The notes beneath the pieces are model-generated. The model worked only from the letters and a program-made list of their open reading frames with translations, ran no database searches and was not told where the DNA came from. The position numbers were made by a program, and so were the translations under genes. 64,000 bases of DNA from Azolla caroliniana (Eukaryota; Plantae; Polypodiophyta): positions 8,742,001 to 8,806,000 of the forward strand of contig JBHGNT010000005.1 of the NCBI GenBank assembly GCA_043228905.1, in the 5' to 3' direction. Each line of letters begins with the position of its first letter. Position 1 is the stretch's first letter. Positions 12,494-26,834 of the stretch are shown piece after piece.

Positions 12494-13371
12494 TGACGGG
12501 AACTCAAGGCTCCTTATGTCCAACGCTCGGCCACAATCGAGCTTCTTTTCATACACAGAAAACGGGAAACAAATGCACGACACGAAGTAAGAGAAGATAT
12601 AGACAATACACAGGAGGTTTACGTGGAAAAACCCCAAACTAGGGGAAAAACCACGGCAGCCCACAGGCTGCAAACTGTCACTATGTAAGAATTTACAAAC
12701 AGTGAGTTCACGGAGGCAACGACCTCGTGCTCACTATCTTCGCCACAGGCGGCGGTTACAACAGAGGCAGTTACCTCGTTCTCTCTCTCTCTCTCTCTGT
12801 ACAGTTACGCGCTCTCTCTTCTTCTTGCAGCAACAAGAAAATAACCACAACAACAGTAACCAAAAGGTTTGCCCTAAGTCATATTTATACTAATATGACT
12901 TTTTGGCTATTTACAAATGTAGCCTCGATGGGCTCTCAGAAACATATTTACGAATATGTCTCTTCATCCGGTTCTCACCGGGCCTGCACCATCCGGCTCT
13001 TCGTAGCCGGGTACTCCTCATCCGGTCTTCACCGGGTCTGTATCATCCGGCTCTCCGTAGCCGGGTGCTCCTCATCCGGTTCTCACCGGGTCTGTATCAT
13101 CCGGCTCTCCGTAGCCGGGTGCTCCTCATCCGGTTCTTACCGGGCCTGCACCATCCGGCTCTCTGTAGCCGAGTACTCCTCATCTGGTCTTCACCGGGTC
13201 TGTATCATCCGGCTCTCCGTAGCCGGGTGCTCCTCATCCGGTTCTCACCGGGTCTGCACCATCCGGCTCTCTCCGTAGCCGGGTACTCCTCATACCGTTT
13301 CGGCCTCGGCCGAGTTTGTTCGTCGGTACTGTTCTTCTCCCTTCCCATTCGGAGGGACCTGTCTCCCAACA
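12494..13371 (-). mobile_element. Solo Copia LTR, same family as LTR 32434-33064
   Basis: TG..CA ends, exact TSD gtaat, interrupts K gag. Confidence 0.92.
12959..13292. repeat. About six copies of a 54-bp CCGG-rich tandem repeat in the solo LTR
   Basis: Unit ctcctcatccggttctcaccgggtctgtatcatccggctctccgtagccgggtg; 18-aa periodicity in overlapping spurious ORFs. Confidence 0.9.
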
Positions 13372-14101
13372 GTAATGCATATGAAGACGACGACACACAT
13401 AAGATGCTTCATCGACATGAGCCTGTACAATAACTTCAATGAAGAGAACAAGGCTAATGAACTTTTGGAGAAGACTAGCACGATGTTGGAGAACAAGAAT
13501 GTCGTAAATCGAGTCTCGATCTTTTGGAAGTTAGTGAGGTTCGGATATCAAGACGGCTCCAGCATGGTAGAGCACATGAATGCCTTCCAAGGGCTCATAA
13601 ATCAGACAACCTCATTGGAGGTACCTCTAGCCGATGAGGTACTTGCGTTGTTGCTACTTGGTTCCCTCCTAGATACCTGGGAGACGTTAGTTGTCACTTT
13701 GGGCAACGCCGTGCCGGAAGGTAAACACCTATCCCTAGCAAGAGTAAAATCAAGCTTGCTGGATGAAGAGGCTTGTCGGAAAGACAAGGAAGTGATCTCT
13801 GACTCAAAAGCCTTATTTACTGAAACTGACAATAATCAAGGAAGAAGCCGGAATCGAAGTTCCCAGAACTGGGAGAAGTCGGGGATGAGGTCAAAGTCAA
13901 GGGGGAAGCTTACATGCTTCTATTGTGGGAAGCGGAGGAACTTCCAAAAGAATTGCTGACACTTCCGGAAGGAGAAAGGAACTGACAATGCCGACTCGAA
14001 GAAGGGTTTGGACCAGAAGAGTACAGATTGGAAAGGGACGTCGGCAATCGCAACAAGCGAAGAAGAACTGCTACTCATCACTAAGGAGAGTGAGCTACAT
14101 C

Positions 14102-17100
14102 TGTTGGGAATATGTCCCTCTAGTGGGAGGAAGAATCGACTGATTGGAAAGCCGACAGTCGATGACAGGGAAGATCCGACTGTTCGAAAAGCCGACAGTC
14201 GAAGAGTCGAAAACAGTGAGTCCACTGTTTGAAGATTCGACTATTATCATTATAGTAATAATAATGATGATGATGTGTGGAAACAAGTCACTCCAGATGG
14301 GAAAGAGAGAGGAGCCGAGTTGATGAGTGTAAATAGCCAACTTGGGTGACTATACTTGTAAATAGTCTAAATGTGCGCCCCATGAGGGCTACGTATGTAA
14401 ATAGCCAAAAAGTTGTGTAAGTATATATACAACTAGGGCAAACTTTATGAGAGTGACGAACAGAGTAGAAATAAAAGTTGTAGTATGTAGGAGAGCGAGA
14501 GCGAGAGCGTGTGTGTGAGCTGCGCCATAGCTGTGTGAGTAACAACAGACGCGAAGAGCCTTGTGCGGCTGATACACTCGACAAAGTGTTGTATTTCTCT
14601 TAGTGTTGTATATCCACTTTGTATAGTGAAGATTCTGTTCACCCGTGGTTTTCCCCGTTTTAGGGTTTCCACGTAAATCTCTGTGCACCATTGTTCATCT
14701 TGTCTTTTCGTAGCATATTTCTGTGATTCGTATTTCAGCGCGCAGTTCGTTTATTGTGATATATTCTACAACGATTTCTCAACAAACTGGTATCAGAGCT
14801 TGAGGTGCAAGCATGGAAGGAGGTGTTAGCGGTTTCCCAGGTATGATAGTTCTGATCTCACAAAACTATGTAGACTGGAAGATACAGATGAAAGACCTTC
14901 TCATAGTTAAAGAGCTGTACGAGCCAGTCGACAGAGCAGAAATACCTAGGGGGGTATTGGAGTCGGACTGGAAGCTTCTGAATAGGAAGGAGGTGGCCAT
15001 AATCCGACAATGTGTTGATGTAAGGGTCCTTCAGCATGTGGCGAACGACACGAATGCCCATGAGATGTGGCAGAAGCTGTCAAGTCTGTACGAGAGAAAG
15101 AATGCGCTCAATAGAACCTCGCTGATGAGAAAAATCGTACGGCTGAAATACAAAGACGGTGAGAGCATCGTCGAACACATCAGCATGTTCATGGGGTATG
15201 TAAATCAACTTGCGGCGACCAAGTTCCCCTTGGATGACGCAATGTAGGCCATCCTGCTGATGTGCACACTACCGGAAAGCTGGGAGAACCTGGTGGTTAG
15301 TCTCAACACCTCCTGTCAAGAAGAGAACTTGTCTTTACAAATGGTGAAGACAAGCATCCTAAACGAGGAGACAAGGAAGAAATACAAAGGAGTCCTGTCC
15401 CAAACAGAGTCGAATCTAACTCAACATATGGACAGAGGAAGGAACCGGCGAAGAAGAAGTCCACAACGAACGGACTAATCCCACGCTAGATCGAAGTGCA
15501 GAGGTAAGCCTGTGTACTTTTATTGCGGAAAACCTGGACACTTCCCGAAGGACTGCGGACACATGAGAAAAGACAAGAGTGTTGGAAATAATGTCGAACC
15601 CCGGAAAATTCCGGATGAAAAGAACACTTCGGCCATTGCTACGAGCAATGAGGAACTTCTGCTGATCTGTGAACAGACAAGTGCAAATCTTGCAAGCGAA
15701 GAGTGCACTTGGGTGATTGACTCCGGCGCATCCTTTCACATTACTCCGTTGATAGAGTACTTCTCGACTTACATAGCCGGGGATCATGACTATGTAAAGA
15801 TGGGTGATAGTGGAGAGTGCAAGATAACCGGAGTCGGAAGTGTGTACTTAACGATGTCGACAGGGTGTCGACTAACGTTGAAGGATGTTCGACATGTCCT
15901 CGATATTAGATTGAATCTGATATCGACTGGAAGGCTTGACGACAAAGGCTACAATGGTAGCTTTCGGAATGGCAAGTGGATGTTCTGCCGAGGAAACCTT
16001 ATAGTGGCCCGAGCACAGAAAGAAGGCACATTGTACATGATGCATGCCTGACTGTGCAAATTGGAAGTAAACGTGGCAGCCGACTCGGCAGGGGAGATAT
16101 GGCATAAGAGGCTAGGCCACATGAGTGAGAAGGGAATGCACCTGCTAGTCGACCAGAAACTTCTACCAGAAGTGAAGGGTGTGCACCTGGAGAGGTGTGT
16201 CGACTGCTTAGCCGGAAAGCAGAACAGGACGACATTCCATACAAGACCACCAAGAAGAAGAGAAGCTGCACTGGAACTAGTGCACACGGATGTGTGCTAT
16301 GTGGATGCTCCATCGCATTGAGGAGGACAATACTTTGTAATGTTTATTGACGACTATAGTCGGAAGACATGGGCCTTCGTATTGAAGACGAAGGATCAAG
16401 TACTGTCGGTTTTCAAGGAGTTCCAGGCAAGAGCTGAAAGAGAGTTGGGTCGGAAACTGAAGGTTGTCCGAACCAACAATGGTGGCGAGTACAGAGGGCA
16501 GTTCGAGGAATACTGCAAGAGCCAAGGTATTCGAATTGAATACACAATACCAAAGAGCCCAGAGTTGAACGGGCTTGCAAAGAGGATTAATCGAACAATC
16601 ATGGAGAGAGTAAGGAGCATGCTCTCTCATGCGAAACTACTGAAATCCTGTTGGGGCTGAGGCGTTGTACACAACTGTTTATCTGATCATCAGGTCTCCT
16701 TGAGTGCCATTAAAGGGTGATGTCCCACAAAGGGTGTGGACAGGGAAGGATGTCTCCTACCAACACCTGAGGGTGTTTGGATGCTTGGCGTATATGCATG
16801 TACCAAAGGATCAGAGGTCAAAGCTCGACAACAAGTCGAAAGCATGCATATTTATGGGATACTCGGAAGATGAGTTTGGCTATAGGTTCTGGGACTTAGT
16901 CGATAAGAAGGTAGTGAGAAAGTCGGGATGTAGACTTTCTAGAAGACAAGACAATTGAAGACTGGAAGCAATAGAAGTTGGAACCGACTCCCCAATCAAC
17001 CTCGAATACCATCGACTTAAGGCCAAGTGAGTCATCACCGGCAGCTGTAAGGAGACAACTGGCTGATAGAGCCAAATCCGAGTCGGTCGACTCGGAAAGA

Positions 17101-19569
17101 CTGATAGACTATGAGTTAGAGTCGGCAGACCTGCTAAAATCAATTGAGGAATATGAGTTGGAGTTGTCCAACCTGGAGATGCCGATTGATGAGCAGAATC
17201 CCCAGCAAAGAGAAGAGTTGGCAGAGACATCCGGAAGAGAGCCAACAACGAGTGGACGAAGGTACCCACTCAGAGAAAGGAAGGCACCGATTACATATGC
17301 TAGTCAATACATCCTCTTGACTGATGACGGTGAACCAGAGTGCTATGAAGAAGCCATTGCTGACGAGAGCAGAGAAAAAATGGCTGAACGCGATGCAAGA
17401 GGAGATGGAATCCTTGCACGCAAATTACACCTATGACCTAGTAGAGCTGCCGAAATGTAAGAGAGCACTCAGGAATAAATGGGTCTACAGGGTCAAGACT
17501 GGAGAAGTCAACAACGAGCCCAGGTATAAAGCCCGCATAGTGGTGAAGGGTTTTCAACAGAGGAAGGGCGTCGACTTTGACAAAATATTCGCACAAGTCG
17601 TGAAGATGACATCCATACGAACTATTCTGAGCATAACGGCCATCATGGATTTGGAGATCGAACGGTTGGATGTCAAAACCGCATTTCTGCACGGGGAGCT
17701 AGAAGAAGAAATATACATGCAACAACTCGAAGGATTTGAGGATAAAGGGAAAGAGAATTTGGTGTGTCGACTGAGGAAAAGCTTGAATGGTCTGAAACAA
17801 GCTCCATGCCAATGGTACAAGAAATTCAAGTCCTTCATGATGGAACATCGGTTCCAGAAAACTCAGGCCGGTCATTGTGTATTCGTCAAAAGGTATGAAG
17901 AAGGAGATTTCTTGATTCTCTTGCTATATGTTGATGATATGTTGATAGTCGGCCAAGATGCAAGGAAGATTGGAAGCTTGAAGAAAGCTCTCGGCAAATC
18001 ATTTGTTATGAAAGACCTTGGACCGGCAAAGCAAATCCTAGGAATGCACATAACCTGAGACAGAGCTCGGAAGGCACTATGGTTGTCACAACAGAAGTAT
18101 GTGACGAAGATCCTAGATAGATTCAACATGTCAAACACAAAGCCGGTCGGCTCCGTGTTGCTGACAAATTGTAGACTAAATGCGAAGCAGTGTCCAGAAG
18201 GGCAGAAGGAAAAGGCTGAGATGAAGGAGGTACCATATGCCTCAGCTGTCGGCAGTCTAATGTATGCTATGGTCTGTATGAGACTGGACATAGCATTTGC
18301 TGTGGGAGCAGTAAGCCGATATATGAGTAATCCAGGGAGAGAACACTGGGCAATGGTGAAATGGATACTCAGGTACATAAAGGGCACCTCGGGGGTGTGC
18401 CTAAGGTATGGTGTTGGAAAACCTATGCTGGAAGGTTTTACCGATTCAGACATGTCAGGAGATGTCGACTCAAGCCAATCCACGTTAGGGTACGTGATGA
18501 CCTATGCAGGGGGAGCAGTGTCGTGGCAGTCACGACTGCAGAAGTCTGTAGCCTTGTCGACTACAGAGGCAGAGTATATGGCAGCGGTAGAAGCCAGAAA
18601 AGAGCTGATTTGGATGAGAAATTTTCTCCGAACTAGGCATGAAGCAAAAGGAGTTCTTGCTTCATTGTGATAGCCAAAGTGCCCTACATCTAGCCAAGAA
18701 AGTGGCATACCACTCTCGGACCAAGCACATACAGAGAAGGTATCATTGGTTGAGAGAGAGAGTCGAAGATGGAGAGTTTTCCCTTGAAAAGATCCATATC
18801 AACGACAATGGATCTGACATGCTGACGAAGAACCTACCAAGGGAAAGACTCAGAGTTTGTCGACAAAATACAAGACTGACAGATTTCCTCCCACAGGAGT
18901 GAAGGGGGAGTTTGTTGGGAATATGTCCTCCAGTGGGAGGAAGAACCGACTGATCGGAAAGCCGACAGTCGATGAAAGGGAAGATCCGACTGTTCGGAAA
19001 GCCGACAGTCGAAAACAGTGAGTCCACTGTTTGAAGATTCGACTATTATCATTATAGTAATAATAATAATGAGGATGTGTGGAAACAAGTCACTCCAAAT
19101 GGGAAAGAGAGAGGAGCCGAGTTGATGAGTGTAAATAGCCAACTCGGGTGACTATACTTGTAAATAGTCTAAGTGTGCGCCCCATGAGGGCTACGTATGT
19201 AAATAGCCAAAAAGTTGTGTAAGTATATATACAACTAGGGCAAACTTTATGAGAGTGATGAACAGAGTAGAAATAAAAGTTGTAGTGTGCAGGAGAGCGA
19301 GAGCAAGAGCGTGTGTGTGAGCTGCGCCATAGCTGTGTGAGTAACAACAGACGCGAAGAGCCTTGTGCGGCTGATACACTCGACAGAGTGTTGTATATCC
19401 ACTTTGTATAGTGAAGATTCTGTTCACCCGTGGTTTTCCCAGTTTTAGGGTTTCCACGTAAATCTCTGTGCACCATTGTTCATCTTGTCTTTTTGTAGCA
19501 TTTTTCTGTGATTCGTATTTCAGCGCGCAGTTCGTTTATTGTGATCTATTCCGCAACGATTTCTCAACA
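14102..19569 (+). mobile_element. Full-length degenerate Copia J
   Basis: LTRs 14102-14784 and 18913-19569, exact TSD acatc, PBS tggtatcagagc 14788-14799, PPT 18901-18910. Confidence 0.96.
14813..18902 (+). pseudogene. Copia J gag-pol polyprotein with stops and frameshifts
   Basis: CCHC knuckle, WVIDSGAS, WHKRLGH, LVHTD, DVKTAFLHG, LYVDD, ALSTTEAEY. Confidence 0.93.
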
Positions 19570-21752
19570 ACATCTTGTTAGTGATGAAATGACGTGGGTG
19601 GTCAACTCTGGAGCGTCGTTTCATCTGAATCCCGACAGGAAGTGATTCGGATCCTACAGAGCCGGAGATCACGACTATGTAAGGATGGGAAATGAAGGTG
19701 CATGCCGAATTGTTAGTATAGGAGATGTCTGGGTGCAAATTGCTGCTGGAAGATGTCCAACACGTTTCGAAGGTTCGACTGAACCTGATATCAGCCGACC
19801 GGCTAGATGATGAAGGCTACATTCATAGCGTCTGGAACAGATTCATGAAGTTCAGCAAAGGGAGCTTGATCGTGGCCCGAGCTTGGAAGGTCAACACACT
19901 ATACCTGATGCATGCTCAGATATGATGCGAACATGGTATCCGACACTGCCGTTGAGTTGTGGCACAACCTCTTGTGCCACATGAGCCAGAAAGGGATGCG
20001 TAAACTTGATGAAGATAACCTCATTCTGGAGGTAAAAGACGTGCAGCTTGAGAGGTGCACCGATTGCTTGGCTGGCAAGCAAAACCGAACCTCTTTCTGA
20101 ACCCGACCACCAACAAGACGGAAAGAACCACTAGTTCTCGTGCATACCGATGTATGCCAAGTTGACACGAAGTCACATGCTGGATCGCAGTACTTCATGA
20201 CGTTCATAGATAACCACAACTGGAAGTTGTGGGTCTCACACCTAAAGACGAAGGATTAGGTGTTGACCATTTTCAAGGAGTTCCACGCAAGAGTGGAAAG
20301 AGAAACCAGCCTAAAATTGAAGGCAGTTCGAGCGGACAATGGTGGAGAGTATCGGGGGTAGTTTGAGGATTATCGTTGGTCGAAAGGAATTTGGCTCAAA
20401 TTTACTGTGCCAAAGACACCAAAGCTAAACGGATTGGCCAAAAGGATGAATCAAACTGTAATGGAGTATGCTGGCACGTGCCAAGCTACCCAAGAAGTTT
20501 TGGGTTGAGGTGTTGATGACAACGACATATGTGATAAATAAGTCACCCTCAGCGCCCTTGGACGGAGACACACCATAGAGAGTATGGACTGGTAAAGACG
20601 TGTCTTATCGGCATCTAAAGGTGTTCGATTGTCTTGCCTACGTGCATGTAGGAAAGGACAAGAGAGAAAAATTGGATCCGAAGTACCCACCATGCATATT
20701 CCTTGGATACAACAATGATGAGTTCGGCTATCGGGTGTGGGACTTGGTTGATGAGAAGGTCTTCTGTAGTCGAGACATAGTCTTTATGGAAGACAAGACC
20801 ATTGTCAATTGGGAATCGGAGAAGAAGATAGTGGACTCCGGGTGGATCGACAGAGCTCGTTTGAAAGATGCAAGGACACACCCGATCGGAAGTCGGATGT
20901 CAACAGAAGACCATAATGAACCGGCCAATTCTGGAGTCCAAGGAACCGAATCAACCGAAGAAGATCCAAACACTGAAAGCAGACAAGATCCCAAACCAGA
21001 TTCGGATGAAGAATTAGATGAAGTGTTAGAAAACCAAGGAAGAAGATATCCTCTTAGGGAGAGAAGAGCGCCTTGGAGATTTCCTGATCTAGAGCACGTT
21101 TTACTGACCGACGAGGGGGCAGTCGAAAAGCTTCGAAGAAGTAAAGAAAGACACCCACAACCGCAAGTGGTTGAGTGCCATGCAAGATGAGATGGATTCC
21201 CTACATGAGAACCACACATATGACCTGATGCAACTGCCGAAAGGAAAGAGATCGCTCAGGAACAAGTGGGTGTACAAGCTGAAACTGGGAGACGCCGGAA
21301 AGCCGGAAATCCAGTGAGATACAAAGCCCGCATTGTGGTGAAGGGTTTCCAGTAGAAGAAAGGAGTGGATTTTGATGAGATCTTTGCCCCGATGGTGAAG
21401 ATGACATTCATCCATACGGTGTTGAGCATAGCGGCAAGCATGGACCTCGAGGTAGAGCAACTAGACATCAAGACGACGTTCCTACATGGCGAGCTCGAAG
21501 AAGAGATCTACATGCAATAGCCAGAAGGATTTATCAAGAAAGGGAAGGAGAACCTGGTGTGCCGGTTGAAGAAGAGCTTATACAGACTGAAGCAAGCTCC
21601 CTGGCAATGGTACCGGAAGTTTGACTCCTTCATGACCGACCATGGATACCACAAGACATAGGCCAACCACTACATGTTCGTGAAGAAATTTTATGGAGGC
21701 GACTTCCTGATGTCATGAAGACATACATCTTGGCTTATCATGACATTCATCT

Positions 21753-21816
21753 TGGCGAACCAGGAATCGAACCCATAACCTCTTGGTTTACATATTGTAC
21801 TTTAACCATTGTAATA
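21753..21816 (-). other. tRNA-like A-box/B-box module, antisense in solo LTR B
   Basis: Minus strand TATTACAATGGTTAAAG...GAGGTTATGGGTTCGATTCCTGGTTCGCCA with a consensus B box. Confidence 0.6.
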
Positions 21817-21870
21817 ACATATGTGAGATGTAATCATAATAATTATATGTTTAGTTATTACGAGATATTT

Positions 21871-21975
21871 AGAACATTCTAGATTATTCTAGAATGTTCT
21901 TGAATATTTCATGATTATATTTATTATTATTATTATTCATAAATATCTAAAATATTCTAGAACATTCTAGAATAC
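21871..21975. promoter_or_regulatory. Two phased heat-shock element arrays upstream of the TATA in LTR B
   Basis: GAAcaTTCtaGATtaTTCtaGAAtgTTCttGAA and TTCtaGAAcaTTCtaGAA. Confidence 0.7.
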
Positions 21976-24900
21976 TCCATAAGGGCCTATAAATAAGAGT
22001 CCATACACTCATCACAACTCATTCGGTTCAACACCAGTCTTTAGCCCTTAGCCTACTCCTTGTAATCTTCTTTCTCATAATATAATCTCATTCCCATTTC
22101 TTATCTCTCACTTATACTTTTCTCTCTCTCGCACTCTCTCCCTCTTTCACTCTCTTTTGCTATCACTATCGCTATCTCTACCGCTCTCGCCATCTCTATC
22201 GTTATCGTTATCTCTATCGCCATCGCTCTCTCTCTGCTTCCTACTCAAGAGTCACGACACCTGATATTCCTGCTGTATGTGGACGACATGCTCATCGTCG
22301 AGCGGGACCGTATCAAAATCAGAATGTTGAAGAACGCCTTGAACCGGTCATTCGACGAGACAAATTTTGGGAATGCACATAATTCGGGACCAGTCGAAGA
22401 AACAGTTGTGGCTGTCACAGGAGAAGTATGTGACAAAAGTGCTTCAAAGGTTCAACATGTCGGATGCGAACCCCGTCGGGTCGACACTTCCGCCAAACTG
22501 CAAGTTAACTGGGAAACAAAGCCCGAAGACAAAGATAGAGAATTCGAAAATGATGAAGATACCGTATGCCTCTGTAGTCGGAAGCCTCATGTATGCAATG
22601 GTGTGTACAACTCTGGATATCGGATATGCAGTCGAAGTGGTTAGTTAGTTCATGAGCAATCCGGAAAAGGACCACTTTGACTGCATATCCGATATCCAAT
22701 CGTGTACACACCATTGCGTACATGAGGCTTCTGACTACAAGTGGCACTTCGAATATGTGCCTCCGATTCGGTTTAGGTAAACCCCAATTGGTAGGCTTCA
22801 TGAATTCAGACATGTTGACTGATGCAAATGCCAACCGGTCAATGTCTGGATATGTTATGACTTATGCAGGGGGAGCCATATTGTGGTAGTCGAGCCTCCA
22901 AAAGTCCGTTGCACTGTCAATAACGGAAGCGGAATACATGGTGGCCGTAGAAGCCAGCAAAGAGGTAATCTGGATGAAGGACTTCATCGGAGAGCTAGGG
23001 ATCCAATAAGAGGAATTTCGGCTCTATTGCGATAGTCAAAGTGCCATCCACCTCGTGAAGAACGTTGTCACGAAAATCCGCGCATACGTGTCGGATCTGG
23101 GTGGGACCACATGCGGTCTTAGACTAGGGAGTGAGAGAAGGAAAGAAAATTGGCATGGCCATGTTGGCCGAACGTAAGCACCACTAAACGAAACCCTAAC
23201 TGGATAGGGAAAGAAGAAGAAGAACTAACCCTAATGAAAAGAAATGATAGAGAGTGGAACCTCTAAGAGAAACCCTAAAACGAGATGGGGAATAAGAATT
23301 GCTAAAACCCTAACGGTCTACCTCAAAATGACAAAATGGCGACCCCCACAATGGTGACCCCTCACACCCTTTGATAGGAGAAAGGGGTGAGGCACATTAC
23401 AAAAAGAGAGGCACACCCTTCTTTCAATGGGGAATATTTGCCTTGATCTTAGGAGGAGCGATTGATGGGGCCTTAAGTCCCTCCCCTCACACACACACAC
23501 ACTATGCCCACTACTTACTACACCCGTACTTCATGTACTCCCCTTTAGTCTACATGTGTATGTGCACATAAGTGCACATCACATTTACACTTTATGAATT
23601 TTTGTAGTGCACTTTTAACACCTTACATTTTACCTTTCCTTTTTACATTTGTTTTTTTAATCTTATTTTACAAGTCTATCAAGTGCATGTGTAATGTTGC
23701 ACATCCCCATTTTATTTATCCCACTCGGTTTTCTCATCATGGCCAAAAATCCTCATGACAAACCCCCCCACCAAACCGCACATCCACCGGTATGTGCCAA
23801 GAAAGGGCAAGAGGTGAGATTTTCGGAAATGGTGATCAACCTAGTTCCTTTGCATCCTTGTCGACCTCGTCCGACTTCGTCTTCCACTTCGAGCATGCCC
23901 GTCCTTTCCACATGAACCACCGTAGCCTCCCAATCCGTTGTATCCGCCACATGTTCTCGAACTATCAGCTCCATCTGATCCACCATATCCGGCGCTCGCA
24001 CCGTCCTCCACGGTCAGTCATAGTACGCCGCTCGAATGATGTTGTCGATCTGACTGCCCTTCCTTTGTCTGTCGTGCATGTCCTTCGATTGGCCTCCCGA
24101 TCACTCCGATCGCATGTCGGATACTGTCCCTCACGTACCTTGTATGTTCCTCCTTCGCTCGACCGTTGTCGTGTCAAAGCACGTTGCGTATAAGAGCTTG
24201 GCGTGTCCGGGCGGAACCACTAGAGTTCTGAACCAGGAGAGTGGAAATAAGAAGATGAAAGAGAAGAGTGGGAAGTCGAGCCGGAAGTATCTCAATAGTC
24301 ACGAGTGGTTTGCAGCCCTACCTGTGAAGAAAAAAACCCTTATATTGTTCCACCTACGTAACCAAATTAATTGTGCAAATACAGATTGGAAAGCCCTTTG
24401 GAAGAGCTTTCCAACGAGCTATAGAACGTCGAAAACAGACGTCAGAATTGAGAGTAATCAAGAAAATACCGTACAACGCTACTCCTCAAACGCAAAGGAA
24501 GAAGAAATGCCAAAATAGGAGATTCACTATTTCTTCGAGAGAAAAACCCTTTACAAAATAGGACTCTTTGATTTTCATTACATGTAGGCCATGTGGCACA
24601 CACCTAGAGAAGCTTGTGCATGTGTGCGATATAAAGCATGTGGGCCATGTAGCACACATGTAGAGAAACTTTGCATGTGCGTTATATGGTGCACATGAAA
24701 TACATTACATGGTTTTGACTAAACAACATTTGTTCTAAAATAATGCAAATAAATCCCTAAGAACAATAATACTAAAGAACTTTGAGCCTAGAATGTAAAT
24801 CAACTCCAATGAGTTGAATTAGGTGGATCTCCAAGGAGTGATGGGTCACCGAACCAAGTCGAGATGCGTGGTTATAGTTGCGGCAAGTGTGGAATCATGG

Positions 24901-26834
24901 TGGCACCAATTGGTCGTATCCCTTTACGACATGCACCCCCTCCTAACCTACACATCCTCCGGTATGTGCCAAGTGGAGAAAATTCAACCAAAGTCTTCTT
25001 TCCTTTTATTTGAACATTTGATGCATGCCAATCATCTTCATTCAATTCTGGAATCGACATGAGAGACATCTTCTCCCCTTCAAACTTCTTGTTTACTTTC
25101 TCTTCTAGATGAGTATCATGTGATGAAATTGTTGTTACCGCTTCTAATTGGATAGTTGTAGTTGCCACGTCATGAACATCTTCTTCCCAATTCGAATTAG
25201 CTTCCACGGATCGTTCATCCTGCAAAATGTCAGGAACAAGAGAGGCTCTTTGTTTAAAGAGTTTAATTTGTTTACCAGCAATCAGAATTCGAAGGAGAGT
25301 TCCATCAAATTCGGACAAGATATATGTTCCATTTTGCCGGACTTCTACCACTCGATATGACCCAAACCATCGATGAGAGAATTTTTTAATAGATTTGTGT
25401 TGATGCGCACGGCTACTATCAAACACCAAAACCCAATCTCCTTTTTCAATGGGAATATTCCGAACTCGATGTCTCTTGTCAAATCGATCCTTATTCTTCA
25501 ATCGAACTTCTTGTTGTTTCCTGGCGGCTTCAGCTATATCCTTCGGCCTATTCTCTAATTGCCGAATTTGAATAGCCAACAAATCTTCACGTTCCATGTG
25601 ATCTTCCCAAGGTAAAACTCCCCAAGTGGGAATCATTTGCTCCGTAGGCATAATAGGCATCTGACCAAAAAGTAGTTCCGATGGAATAAATCCCGTAACA
25701 GAGTTGTGAGTGCATCTATCAGCCCAGAGAGCATAAGGAAGCATGTCAGGCCACATAGAAATTCGGCCATCACATGCTTTGACCAAAGCTTTCACAATCG
25801 AACCATGGCCCCTTTCCACTTTACCATTTCCCTCTGGATTGTATGCAGTAGTCAAAGTCAATTGGATCCCGAATCTTTGGAAGAACATTCGAGCCTCATC
25901 TGAATCAAGCTCCCCTCGATTTGTTACAATCTGCCCAACATTACCATATCTACAAATTACATCCTCTAATAAAAACTTTAGAACGGCCGATGCAGACTTG
26001 TTTCGGAGAGGTCTTCCTTCCACTTGGTTGGACAAATCTTCTCGAGCAAGAACCAAGTATTTCATTTGATTTCGACGAGAGGGCATATGAACTATATCCA
26101 CCATCCACTTATAATGCAACACAGGTGAGTACGTCGGATGTAGCTCATCTCTCACCCTATAATCAAAATACATTTGACATTCAATGCATGATTCCACATA
26201 CCTTTGGATATCCGCATACATTCCCTTCCACCAATACTGATCCTTAATCTTCGAAAATGTGTTGACCACTCCTTTATGTCTAGCACAATGATTATCATGA
26301 AAATCGGAAATAATCTTATTTTTCTGAACCTGTAAACTGATAGCTCGAGTTGGAGGATCCTTAACTTTCTTTGCAAGTCTCCAAAGATATCCATCCTTCA
26401 AGAGAAACCTATAAGCCTTCTTCTTGAATAGCCGAAAATCCTTTGGTGTCCAATAAGGGCTTCCTTCTTGTGCTTGTAGGAATTTCCCGATTTGCAATAG
26501 CTCTCCTTCATATTCCTCCTCTCTAAATTTAGGCACCTACAAACCAATCTCATTACAAAAGAATCCATTATCAAAATCATCCTCTTCCTCCAGAGAAAAT
26601 GGCTCTAGAAACGTGCTCGGGATAACATATCAGCCATAACATTGGTTTTCCCTGTAATGTGTCGGATCTCTGGGTTAAATGTTTTAATATAGGCAATCCA
26701 TCTCAACATGGATATATCTATAGAAGAGCATCCTGAAATCATTCCAAGGATCGGTAGACAATCCGTCTATATAACCACTTCCGATCTAATCAAATAATCC
26801 TTGTTTGCTTTAATGGCAGAAACTATGCCCCACA

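Larger units (their letters stand above)
21711..22259 (+). mobile_element. Solo LTR B (Tcn1-related) inserted in K RT just before YVDD
   Basis: TGTCA..CGACA ends, exact TSD cctga, TATA at 21988, cggttcaacaccagtc motif shared with family A. Confidence 0.92.

Noticed and set aside
12727-13433. Repeat-protein ORFs
   Set aside because: By-product of the 54-bp tandem array inside a solo LTR.
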